Translations under genes and position numbers: made by a program
The notes under the pieces: model-generated
What the model was told of the DNA's origin: nothing
What the model saw: the letters and a program-made list of their open reading frames with translations, nothing else
The model's database searches: none
Shown: piece by piece, positions 14,536-27,400 of the stretch
Numbering within the stretch: position 1 is the stretch's first letter
Layout of the letters: every line of letters begins with the position of its first letter
Assembly (NCBI GenBank): GCA_964016885.1
Contig: OZ024741.1
Location: 372,001 to 436,000 of the forward strand
DNA from: Eledone cirrhosa
Lineage: Eukaryota
Reading direction: 5' to 3'
Length of the DNA stretch: 64,000 nt

Positions 14536-14665
14536 TTGGTTGGCATTAGCAAGGGCATCCAGCCATAGAAACCAAGCTAGAAACATTTCTGTATGAGCAA
14601 AACATGGTCACCTTGTCTAACCGATGCTAGTGTGGAAAAAAGGGCGGTGAAGTCTGATGAGGATA
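14520..14665 (+). mobile_element. RTE-type 3' tail / SINE 3' end
   Basis: ctgtaaatttggttggcattagcaagggcatccagccatagaaacc...ctaaccgatgctagtgtggaaaa...tgatgag; homologous to 58230-58395, 58440-58605 and 62580-62740. Confidence 0.8.
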
Positions 14666-14669
14666 ATAG

Positions 14670-14892
14670 AGTTTATACTAATTACATTGCTCCAGAATAC
14701 ATGGTCACATGTATATAGTTTATACTGCAGAATTACAATGCTTCTTCATGGCCATGATTATATGGTTTATATTTGAGAATTTAAGTTCTCCAGCATAGCC
14801 TTAGGTGTATGGTTTATACTGTAAACCTACAATGCTCCTTCATGGTCATGGTTTATACTACAAAATTGCAATGCTCCAGCATGGCCACTACT
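14670..14892 (+). repeat. Old degenerate minisatellite of about 47 bp (about 5 copies; GTTTATACT...AATTACAATGCTCC..CATGGYCA)
   Basis: 'gtttata' anchors at about 14671, 14718, 14765, 14812 and 14851, each followed by similar 'caatgctcc...catggyc' sequence. Confidence 0.7.
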
Positions 14893-15068
14893 ATATACAT
14901 CAATTTCATTATAGTTTTCATGAAACTAAGAGTTTTTAAGTTTATTAAAAACTGTTTTCCTCGAGTGTGCTATTATCTAATTATAAGAATTTCTCAGTGG
15001 CACAAAAATGAAGGAATTGATTACAGTGGGGCTTTTTGTTACTATTTTCTTTTCTTTAATTTTTTCAG

Positions 15069-15202
15069 GGAATTTAATTTTTATTTACGGTCCAATCAGA
15101 ATCTTTTGACCAATGACTTTGAAGCAACTGTAATTGGTGCTGACAATCAAGAATATCCTCTCTACATTGATAAAAATGTTATTTATGAAGGAGCCCTGCA
15201 AG
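15069..15202 (+). CDS. ADAM17: ADAM17/TACE-like prodomain exon (equivalent to vertebrate exon 3), 134 bp, phase 2 to 1
   Basis: Long polypyrimidine tract ending tttttcag|G, donor CAAG|gtgagt. Translates to (R)EFNFYLRSNQNLLTNDFEATVIGADNQEYPLYIDKNVIYEGALQ, compared with ADAM17 'RHFKLYL...FSQNFKVVVVDGKNE...FFTGHVVG'. Confidence 0.92.
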
Positions 15203-15419
15203 GTGAGTTACTAACCTCTTTCGTTATCATATCTGTTCATGATCCAGTCTGCATGAGTGCATATATCCCACGGTTCACTGGTTATGACTGTTGATCTGCC
15301 AGGATAATCACTACTTATCTCTGCTTAGGCTGCCTACCTTTAATGCTCCATTAACTGTGGCTGTTAATCCAATGTCTGATTGAATATATTTCATTGTCTA
15401 ATGACTATCACTGTTGATC

Positions 15420-18400
15420 TTTTATGGTCCACTGGATATGACTACTTATCTTCCAGTATCCAATGGTTATGACTGTTGATCTTTCATGGTTCATTGGCTT
15501 AGGCTGTTTACCTTTCATGGTCCATTGGCTATAGCTGCTTACCTTTCATGGTCCATTGGCTATAGCTGCCTACCTTTTATGGTCCATTGACTATAGCTGC
15601 TTACCTTTTATGGTCCATTGGCTATAGCTGCTTACTTTTTATGGTCATTTGGTTATAGCTGCTTACCTTTCATGGTCCATTGGTTATAGCTGCTTACCTT
15701 TCATGGTCCATTGGTTATAGCTGCCTACCTTTCATGGTCAATTGCCTATAGCTGCTTACCTTTCATGGTCAATTGCCTATAGCTGCTTACCTTTCATGGT
15801 CCATTGGCTATAGCTGCTTACGTTTCATGGTCAATTGGCTATAGCTGCTTACCTTTCATGGTCCATTGGCTATAGCTGCCTACCTTTCATAGTCCATTGG
15901 CTTAGGCTGCTTACCTTTCATGGTCCATTGGCTATAGCTGCTTACCTTTCAAGGTCCATTGGCAATAGCTGCTTACCTTTTATGGTCCATTGTCTATAGC
16001 TGCCTACCTTTCATGGTCCATTGGCTATAGCTGCTTACCTTTCATGGTACATTGGCTATAGCTGCTTACCCTTCAATGTCCAATGGCATAGGCTGCTTAC
16101 CTTTCATGGTCCATTGGCTTAGGCTGCTTACCTTTCATGGTCCATTGGCTATAGCTGCTCACCTTTCATGGTCCATTGGCTATAGCTGCTTACCTTTTAT
16201 GGTTATGTGGCTATAACTGCTTACCTTTCATGGGGCATTGGTTATAGCTGCCTACCTTTCATGGTCCATTGGCTATAGCTGCTTACCTTTCATGGTCCAT
16301 TGGCTATAGCTGCTTACCTTTTATGGTCATTTGGCTATAGCTGCTTACCTTTCATGGTCAATTAGCTATAGCTGCATACCTTGCATGATCCATTGGCTAT
16401 AGCTGCCTACCTTTCATGGTCCATTGGCTATATCTTCCTACCTTTAATGGTCCATTGGCTATATCTGCCTACCTTTTACGGTCCATTGGCTATAGCTGCT
16501 TACCTTTCATGTTCCATTGGCTGAGGCTGCTTACCTTTCCTTGGTCCATTGGCTATAGCTGCTTACCTTTCATGGTCTATTGGTTATAGCTGCTTACCTT
16601 TGAAGGTCCATTTGCTATAGCTGCTTACCTTTCATGGTCCATAGGCTAAGGCTGCTTACCTTTCAAGGTCCATTGGTTATAGCTGCCTACCTTTCATGGT
16701 CCATTGGTTATAGCTGCCTACCTTTCATGGTCCATTGGCTATAGCTGCTTACCTTTCATGGTCAATTGGCTATAACTGCTTACCTTTCATTGTCAATTGG
16801 CTTTAACTGCTTACCTTTCATGGTCCATTGGCTATAGCTGCTCACCTTTCATGGTCCATTGGCTATAGGTGCTTACCTTTTATGGTTATTTGGCTATAGC
16901 TGCTTACCTTTCATGGCGCATTGGTTATAACTGCCTACCTTTCATGGTCCATTGCCTATAGCTGCTTACCTTTCATGTTCCATTGGCTATAGCTGCTTAC
17001 CTTTTATGGTCATTTGGCTATAGCTGCTTACCTTTCATGGTCAATTAGCTATAGCTGCATACCTTGCATGATCCATTGGCTATAGCTGCCTACCTTTCAT
17101 GGTTCATTGGCTATATCTTCCTATCTTTAATGGTCCGTTGGCTATATCTGCCTACCTTTTACGGTCCATTGGCTATAGCTGCTTACCTTTCATGTTCCAT
17201 TGGCTTAGGCTGCTTACCTTTCCTTGGTCCATTGGCTATAGCTGCTTACCTTTCATGGTCTATTGGCTATAGCTGCTTACCTTTTCATGGTCAATTGGCT
17301 ATAGCTGCTTACCTTTCAAGGTCCATTGCTATAGCTGCTTACCTTTCATGGTCCATAGGCTAAGGCTGCTTACCTTTCAAGGTCCATTGGTTATAGCTGC
17401 CTACCTTTCATGGTCAATTGGCTATAGCTGCTTATCTTTCATGGTCCACTGGATCTAGCTGCTAACTTTCATGGTCCATTGGCTCTAGCTGCTTACCTTT
17501 CATGGTCCATTGCCTATATCTGCTTACCTTTCATGGTCAATTGGCTATAACTGCTTACCTTTCAAGGTCCATTGGCTTTGGCTGCTTACCTTTCATGGTC
17601 CATTGGCTACAGCTGCTTACCTTTCATGGTCCATTGGCTATAGCTGATTACCTCTCATGGTCCATTGGCTATAGCTGCTTACCTTTCATCGTCAATTGGC
17701 AATAGCTGCTTACCTTTCGTGGTCCATTGGCTATAGCTGCTTACCTTTCATGGTCCATTGGCTTAGGCTGCTTACCTTTCATGGTCCATTGGCTATAGCT
17801 GCTTACCTTTCAGGGTCCATTGGTTATAGCTGCCTACCTTTCATAGTCCATTGGCTATACCTGCTTACCTTTCATGTTTACTTGGCTATAGGTGCTTACC
17901 TTTTATGGTCATTTGGCTATAGCTGCTTACCTATCATGGTCCATTAGCTATAGCTGCTTACCTTTCATGGTCCATTGGCTATAGATGCTTACCTTTTATG
18001 GTCATTTGGCGATAGCTGCTTACCTTTCATGGTCCATTGGCTATAGCTGCATACCTTTCATGGTCAATTCGCTATAGCTGCTTACCTTTCAAGGTTCATT
18101 GACTATAGCGACTTACCTTTCATGGTCCATTGGCTGTAGCTGCTTACCTTTCATGGTTAATTGGCTATGGCTGCTTACCTTTCATGGTCAATTGGCTACA
18201 GCTGCTTACCTTTCATGGTCAATTGGCTCCAGCTGCTTACCTTTCATGGTCCATTGGTTTAGGCTGCTTACCTTTCATGGTCCATTGGTGATAGCTGCTT
18301 ACCTTTCATGGTCAATTAACTATAGCTACTTAACTTTCATGGTCCATTGGTTTAGGCTGCTTACCTTTCATGCTCCATTGGCTATAGCTGCTTACCTTTC

Positions 18401-21400
18401 ATGTTCCATTGGTTTAGGCTGCTTACCTTTCATGGTCCATTGGCTATAGCTGCTTACCTTTCATGGTCCATTGGCTATAGCTGCTTACCTTTCATGGTCC
18501 GTTGGCTATAGCTGCTTACCTTTCATGATCCGTTGGCTATAGCTGCTTACCTTTCATGGTCCATTGGTTTAGGCTGCTTACCTTTCATGATCCATTGGCT
18601 ATAGCTGCTTACCTTTCATGGTCAATTGGCTTAGACTGCTTTCCTTTGATGGTTTATTGGCTATAGCTGCTTACCTTTCATGGTCTATTGGCTATAGCTG
18701 CCTACCTTTCATGGTCCATTGGCTATAGATGCTTCCCTTTCATGGTCCATTGGCTATAGCTGCTTGCCTTTTATGGTCATTTGGCTATAGCTGCTTACCT
18801 TTCATGGTCAATTGGCTATAGCTACCTACCTTTCATGGTCCATTGGCTATATCTGCCTACCTTTCATGGTCCATTGGCTATATCTGCCTACCTTTTACGG
18901 TCCATTGGCTATAGCTGCTTCCCTTTTATGGTCCATTGTCTATAGCTGCTTACCTTTCATTTTCCATTGGCTATAGCTTCTTACCTTTCATGGTCCATTG
19001 GCTTGGGCTGCTTAACTTTCATGGTCCATTGGCTATAGCTGCTTATCTGTCATGGTTCACTGGCTCTAGCTGCTTACCTTTCATGGTCAGTAGGCTATGG
19101 CTGCTTACCTTTCAAGGTCAATTGGCTTAGGCTGATTACCTTTCATGGTCATAAGGCTATAGCTGCTTACTTTTTATGGTCCATTGGCTATAGCTGCCTA
19201 CCTTTCAAGGTCCATTGGCTATTGCTGCTTACCTTTCAAGGTCCATTGGCTATAGCTGCTTACCTTTCAAAGTCCATTGGCTATTGCTGCTTACCTTTCA
19301 AGGTCCATTGGCTATAGCTGCTTTCCTTTCAAGGTCCATTGGCTATAGCTGCCTACCTTTCATGGTCCATTTGCTATATCTGCCTTCCTTTGATGGTCCA
19401 TTGGCTGTAGCTGCTTACCTTTCATGGTCCAGTGGTCCATTGGCTATAGCTGCCTACCTTTCATGGTCCATTGGCTATAGCTGCTTACTCTTCATGGTCC
19501 AATGGCTTAGGCTGCTTACCTTTCATGGTCCATTGGCTTAGACTGCTTACCTTTCATGGTTCATTGGCTTAGGCTGCTTACCTTTCATGGTCCATTGGCT
19601 ATAGCTGCTCACCTTTCATGGTCCATTGGCTATAGCTGATTACCTTTCATAGTCCATTGGCTATAGCGGCTTACCTTTCATGTTTAATTGGCTCTATCTG
19701 CTTACCTTTCATGGTCCATTGGCTATAGCTGCTTACCTTTCATGGTCCATTGGCTATAGCTGCTCACCTTTCATGGTCAATTGGCTATAGCTGCTTACCT
19801 TTCATGGTCAATAGGCTATAGCTGCCTATCTTTCATGGTCAATTGGCTATAGCTGCTTACCTTTCATGGTCCATTGGCTGTAGCTGCTTACCTTTCATGG
19901 TCCAGTGGCTTAGGCTGATTACCTTTTATGGTCCATTGGCTATAGCTGCCTACCTTTCATGGTCCATTGGCTATAGCTGCTTACCTTTCATGGTTCATTG
20001 GCTTAGGCTGCTTACCTTTCATGGTCCATTGGCTATAGCTGCTCACCTTTCATGGTCCATTGGCTATAGCTGCTTACCTTTTATCGTGATTTGGCTATAG
20101 CTGCTTACCTTTCATGGTGCATTGGTTATAGCTGCCTACCTTTCATGGTCCATTGGCTATAGCTGCTTACGTTTCATGGTCCATTGGCTATAGCTGCTTA
20201 CCTTTTATGGTCATTTGGATATAGCTGCTTACGTTTCATGGTCAATTAGCTATAGCTGCCTACCTTGCATGGTCCATTGGCTATAGCTGCTTACCTTTCA
20301 TAGTCCATTGGCTATAGCTGCTCACCTTTCATGGTCCATTGGCTATGGCTGCTTACCTTTCATGGTCCATTGGTTTAGACTGCTTACCTTTCATGGTCCA
20401 CTGGCTGTAGCTGCTTACCTTTCATGGTTAATTGGCTATAGCTGCTTACCTTTCATGGTCCATTGGCTATGGCTGCTTATCTTTCATGGTCAATTGGCTA
20501 CAGCTGCTTACCTTTCATGGTCAATTGGCTACAGCTGCTTACCTTTCATGGTCCATTGGTTTATGCTGCTTACCTTTCATGGTCCATTGGTTATAGCTGC
20601 TTACCTTTCATGGTCAATTGGCTATAGCTGCTTAACTTGCATGGTTCATTGGTTTAGGCTGCTTACCTTTCATGGTCCATTGGGTATAGCTGCTTACCTT
20701 TCATGTTCCATTGGTTTAGGCTGCTTACCTTTCATGGTCCATTGGCCATAGCTGCTGACCTTTCATGGTCCATTGGCTATAGCTGCTTACCTTTCATGGT
20801 CCATTGGTTTAGGCTGCTTACCTTTCATGATCCATTGGCTATAGCTGCTTACCTTTCATGGTCAATTGGCTATAGCTGCTTACCTTTCATGGTCAATTGG
20901 CTTAGACTGCTTTCCTTTCATGGTTCATTGGCTATAGCTGCTTACCTTTCATGGTCCATTGGCTATAGCTGCTTATCTTTCCTGGTTCACTGGCTCTAGC
21001 TGCTTACCTTTCATGGTCATTAGGCTATAGCTGCTTACCTTTCAAGGTCCATTGGCTTAGACTGATTAACTTTCGTGGTCCATTGGCTGTAGCGACTTAC
21101 CTTTCATGGTCATTAGGCTATAGCTGCTTACCTTTCAAGGTCCAGTGGCTATAGTTGCCTACCTTTCAAGGTCCATTGGCTATAGTTGCTTACCTTTCAA
21201 GGTCCATTGGCTATTGCTGCTTACCTTTCAAGGTCCATTGGCTATAGCTGCTTACCTTTCATGGTCCATTGGCTATAGCTGCTTACCTTTCATGGTCCAT
21301 TGGCTATTGCTGCTTACCTTTCATGGTCAATTGGCTTAGACTGCTTTCCTTTCATGGTTTATTGGCTATAGCTGCTTACCTTTCATGGTCTATTGGCTAT

Positions 21401-24400
21401 AGCTGCCTACCTTTCATGGTCCATTGGCTATAGATGCTTCCCTTTCATGGTCCATTGACTATACCTCCTTGCCTTTTATGGTCATTTGGCTATAGCTGCT
21501 TACCTTTCATGGTCAATTGGCTATAGCTGCCTACCTTTCATGGTCCATTGACTATAGCTGCCTACCTTTCATGGTCCATTGGCTATATCTGCCTACCTTT
21601 TACGGTCCATTGGCTATAGCTGCTTCCCTTTTATGGTCCATTGTCTATAGCTGCTTAGCTTTCATTTTCCATTGGCTATAGCTTCTTACCTTTCATGGTC
21701 CATTGGCTTGGGCTGCTTAACTTTCATGGTCCATTGACTATAGCTGCTTATCTGTCATGGTTCACTGGCTCTAGCTGCTTACCTTTCATGGTCAGTAGGC
21801 TATAGCTGCTTACCTTTCAAGGTCCATTGGCTTAGGCTGATTACCTTTCATGGTCCATTGGCTATAGTTGCTTACCTTTCATGGTCCATTAGCTATAGCT
21901 ACTTACCTTTCATGGTCATAAGGCTATAGCTGCTTACCTTTTATGGTCCATTGGCTATAGTTGCCTACCTTTCAAGGTCCATTCACTATAGCTGCTTACC
22001 TTTCATGGTCCATAGGCTAAGGCTGCTTACCTTTCGTGGTCCATTGGCTCTAGCTGCTTAGTTTTCATGGTCAGTAGGCTATAGCTGCTTACCTATCAAG
22101 GTCCATTGGTTATAGCTGCCTACCTTTCATGGTCCATTGGTTATAGCTGCCTACCTTTCATGGTCCATTGGCTATAGCTGCTTATCTTTCATGGTCCACT
22201 GGTTCTAGCTGCTTACCTTTCATGGTCAGTAGGCTATAGCTGCTTACCTTTCATAGTCCATTGGCTATAGCTGCTCACCTTTCATAGTCCATTGGCTATA
22301 GCTGCTTACCTTTCACGGTCCATTGGTTTAGACTGCTTACCTTTCATGGTCCACTGGCTGTAGCTGCTTACCTTTCATGGTTAATTGGCTATAGCTGCTT
22401 ACCTTTCATGGTCCATTGGCTATGGCTGCTTATCTTTCATGGTCAATTGGCTACAGCTGCTTACCTTTCATGGTCAATTGGCTACAGCTGCTTACCTTTC
22501 ATGGTCCATTGGTTTATGCTGCTTACCTTTCATGGTCCATTGGTTATAGCTGCTTACCTTTCATGTTCAATTGGCTATAGCTGCTTAACTTGCATGGTTC
22601 ATTGGTTTAGGCTGCTTACCTTTCATGGTCCATTGGCTATAGCTGCTTACATTTCATGTTCCATTGGTTTAGGCTGCTTACCTTTCATGGTCCATTGGCC
22701 ATAGCTGCTGACCTTTCATGGTCCATTGGCTATAGCTGTTTACCTTTCATGGTCCATTGGTTTAGGCTGCTTACCTTTCATGATCCATTGGCTATAGCTG
22801 CTTACCTTTCATGGTCAATTGGCTTAGACTGCTTTCCTTTCATGGTTTATTGGCTATAGATGCTTACCTTTCATGGTCCATTGGCTATAGCTGCTTATCT
22901 TTCCTGGTTCACTGGCTCTAGCTGCTTACCTTTCATGGTCAGTAGGCTATAGCTGCTTACCTTTCAAGGTCCATTGGCTATAGATGCTTACCTTTCATGG
23001 TCCATTAGCTATAGCTACTTACCTTTCATGGTCATAAGGCTATAGCTGCTTACATTTTATGGTCCATTGGCTATAGCTGCCTACCTTTCAAGGTCCATTG
23101 GCTTTAGCTGCTTACCTTTCAAGGTCCATTGGCTATTGCTGCTTACCTTCAAGGTCCATTGGCTATTGCTGCTTACCTTTCAAGGTCCATTGGCTATAGC
23201 TGCTTACCTTTCATGGTCCATTGGCTATAGCTGCTTAACTGTCATGGTCCATTGGCTATAGCTGCTTAACTGTCATGGTCCATTGGCTATAGCTGCTTAC
23301 CTTTCATGGTCAATTGGCTTAGACTGCTTTCCTTTCATGGTTTATTGGCTATAGCTGCTTACCTTTCATGGTCTATTGTCTATAGCTGCCTACCTTTCAT
23401 GGTCCATTGGCTATAGATGCTTCCCTTTCATGGTCCATTGGCTATAGCTGCTTGCCTTTTATGGTCATTTGGCTACAGCTGCTTACCTTTCATGGTCAAT
23501 TGGCTATATCTGCCTACCTTTCATGGTCCATTGGCTATATCTGCCTACCTTTTACGGTCCATTGGCTATAGCTGCTTCCCTTTTATGGTCCATTGTCTAT
23601 AGCTGCTTACCTTTCATTTTCCATTGGCTATAGCTTCTTACCTTTCATGGTCCATTGGCTTGGGCTGCTTAACTTTCATGGTCCATTGGCTATAGCTGCT
23701 TATCTGTCATGGTTCACTGGCTCTAGCTGCTTACCTTTCATGGTCAGTAGGCTATAGCTGCTTACCTTTCAAGGTCCATTGGCTTAGGCTGATTACCTTT
23801 CATGGTCCATTGGCTATAGTTGCTTACCTTTCATGGTCCATTGGCTATAGCTACTTACCTTTCATGGGCCATTGGCTAAAGCTGCTTACCTTTTATGGTC
23901 CATTGGCTATAGCTGCCTACCTTTCAAGGTCCATTGGCTATAGCTGCTTACCTTTCATGGTCCATTGGTTTAGGCTGCTTTCCTTTCATGGTCCATTTGC
24001 TATAGCTGCTTGCCTTTCATGGTCAATAGGCTATAGCTGCCTACCTTTCATGGTCCATTTGCTATATCTGCCTTCCTTTGATGGTCCATTGTCTATAGCT
24101 GCTTACCTTTCATGGTCCATTGGCTATAGCTGCTCACCTTTCATGGTCAATTGGCTATAGCTGCTTACCTTTCATGGTCAATTGGCTTAGGCTGCTTACC
24201 TTTCATGGTCCATTGGCTATAGCTGCTTACCTTTCATGGTCCATTGGTTAAGGCTGCTTACCTTTCATGGTCCATTGGCTATAGTTGCTTACCTTTCATG
24301 GTCAATAGGCTATAGCTGCCTACCTTTCATGGTCAATTGGCTATAGCTGCTTTCCTTTCATGGTCCATTGGCTGTAGCTGCTTACCTTTCATGGTCCAGT

Positions 24401-27400
24401 GGCTTAGGCTGATTACCTTTTATGGTCCATTGTCTATAGCTGCCTACCTTTCATGGTCCATTGGCTATAGCTGCTTACTCTTCATGGTCTAATGGCTTAG
24501 GCTGCTTACCTATCATGGTCCATTGGCTTAGACTGCTTACCTTTCATGGTTCATTGGCTTAGGCTGCCTACCTTTCATGGTCCATTGGCTATAGCTGCTT
24601 ACCTTTTATGGTTATTTGGCTATAGCTGCTTACCTTTCATGGTGCATTGGTTATAGCTGCCTACCTTTCATGGTCCATTGGCTATAGCTGCTTACGTTTC
24701 ATGGTCCATTGGCTATAGCTGCTTACCTTTTATGGTCATTTGGATATAGCTGCTTACCTTTCATGGTCAATTAGCTATAGCTGCCTACCTTGCATGGTCC
24801 ATTGGCTATAGCAGCCTACCTTTCATGGTCCATTGGCTATATCTGCCTACCTTTTACGGTCCATTGGCTATAGCTGCTTACCTTTCATGGTCAGTAGGCG
24901 ATAGCTGCTTACCTTTCATAGTCCATTGGCTATAGCTGCTCACCTTTCATAGTCCATTGGCTATAGCTGCTTACCTTTCATGGTCCATTGGTTTAGACTG
25001 CTTACCTTTCATGGTCCACTGGCTGTAGCTGCTTACCTTTCATGGTTAATTGGCTATAGCTGCTTACCTTTCATGGTCCATTGGCTATGGCTGCTTATCT
25101 TTCATGGTCAATTGGCTACAGCTGCTTACCTTTCATGGTCAATTGGCTACAGCTGCTTACCTTTCATGGTCCATTGGTTTATGCTGCTTACCTTTCATGG
25201 TCCATTGATTATAGCTGCTTACCTTTCATGGTCAATTGGCTATAGCTGCTTAACTTGCATGGTTCATTGGTTTAGGCTGCTTACCTTTCATGGTCCATTG
25301 GCTATAGCTGCTTACCTTTCATGTTCCATTGGTTTAGGCTGCTTACCTTTCATGGTCCATTGGCCATAGCTGCTGACCTTTCATGGTCCATTGGTTATAG
25401 CTGCTTACCTTTCATGGTCCATTGGTTTAGGCTGCTTACCTTTCATGATCCATTGGCTATAGCTGCTTACCTTTCATGGTCAATTGGCTTAGACTGCTTT
25501 CCTTTCATGGTTTATTGGCTATAGCTGCTTACCTTTCATGGTCCATTGGCTATAGCTGCTTATCTTTCCTGGTTCACTGGCTCTAGCTGCTTACCTTTCA
25601 TGGTCAGTAGACTATAGTTGCTTACCTTTCATGGTCCATTAGCTATAGCTACTTACCTTTCATGGTCATAAGGCTATAGCTGCTTACATTTTATGGTCCA
25701 TTGGCTATAGCTGCCTACCTTTCAAGGTCCATTGGCTATAGCTGCTTACCTTTCAAGGTCCATTGGCTATTGCTGCTTACCTTCAAGGTCCATTGGCTAT
25801 TGCTGCTTACCTTTCAAGGTCCATTGGCTATAGCTGCTTACCTTTCATGGTCCATTGGCTATAGCTGCTTAACTGTCATGGTCCATTGGCTATAGCTGCT
25901 TACCTTTCATGGTCCGTTGGCTATAGCTGCTTACCTTTCATGGTCCATTGGTTTAGGCTGCTTACCTTTCATGATCCATTGGCTATAGCTGCTTACCTTT
26001 CATGGTCAATTGGCTTAGACTGCTTTCCTTTCATGGTTTATTGGCTATAGCTGCTTACCTTTCATGGTCTGTCTATAGCTGCCTACCTTTCATGGTCCAT
26101 TGGCTATAGATGCTTCCCTTTCATGATCCATTGGCTATAGCTGCTTGCCTTTTATGGTCATTTGGCTATAGCTGCTTACCTTTCATGGTCAATTGGCTAT
26201 AGCTACCTACCTTTCATGGTCCATTGGCTATATCTGCCTACCTTTCATGGTCCATTGGCTATATCTGCCTACCTTTTACGGTCCATTGGCTATAGCTGCT
26301 TCCCTTTTATGGTCCATTGTCTATAGCTGCTTACCTTTCATTTTCCATTGGCTATAGCTTCTTACCTTTCATGGTCCATTGGCTTGGGCTGCTTAACTTT
26401 CATGGTCCATTGGCTATAGCTGCTTATCTGTCATGGTTCACTGGCTCTAGCTGCTTACCTTTCATGGTCAGTAGGCTATAGCTGCTTACCTTTCAAGGTC
26501 CATTGGCTTAGGCTGATTACCTTTCATGGTCCATTGGCTATAGTTGCTTACCTTTCATGGTCCATTGGCTATAGCTACTTACCTTTCATGGGCCATTGGC
26601 TAAAGCTGCTTACCTTTTATGGTCCATTGGCTATAGCTGCCTACCTTTCAAGGTCCATTGGCTATAGCTGCTTACCTTTGATGGTCCATTGGTTTAAGCT
26701 GCTTTCCTTTCATGGTCCATTTGCTATAGCTGCTTGCCTTTCATGGTCAATAGGCTATAGCTGCCTACCTTTCATGGTCCATTTGTTATATCTGCCTTCC
26801 TTTGATGGTCCATTGTCTATAGCTGCTTACCTTTCATGGTCCATTGGCTATAGCTGCTCACCTTTCATGGTCAATTGGCTATAGCTGCTTACCTTTCATG
26901 GTCAATTGGCTTAGGCTGCTTACCTTTCATGGTCCATTGCCTATAGCTGCTTACCTTTCATGGTCCATTGGCTATAGCTGCTTACCTTTCATGGTCCATT
27001 GGTTAAGGCTGCTTACCTTTCATGGTCCATTGGCTATAGTTGCTTACCTTTCATGGTCAATAGGCTATAGCTGCCTACCTTTCATGGTCAATTGGCTATA
27101 GCTGCTTTCCTTTCATGGTCCATTGGCTGTAGCTGCTTACCTTTTATGGTCCAGTGGCTTAGGCTGATTACCTTTTATGGTCCATTGTCTATAGCTGCCT
27201 ACCTTTCATGGTCCATTGGCTATAGCTGCTTACTCTTCATGGTCCAATGGCTTAGGCTGCTTACCTATCATGGTCCATTGGCTTAGACTGCTTACCTTTC
27301 ATGGTTCATTGGCTTAGGCTGCCTACCTTTCATGGTCCATTGGCTATAGCTGCTTACCTTTTATGGTTATTTGGCTATAGCTGCTTACCTTTCATGATGC

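Noticed and set aside
14809-15294. 161-aa ORF as a stand-alone gene
   Set aside because: Only 15069-15202 is exon-like with splice signals. The rest is minisatellite and polypyrimidine intron read-through.
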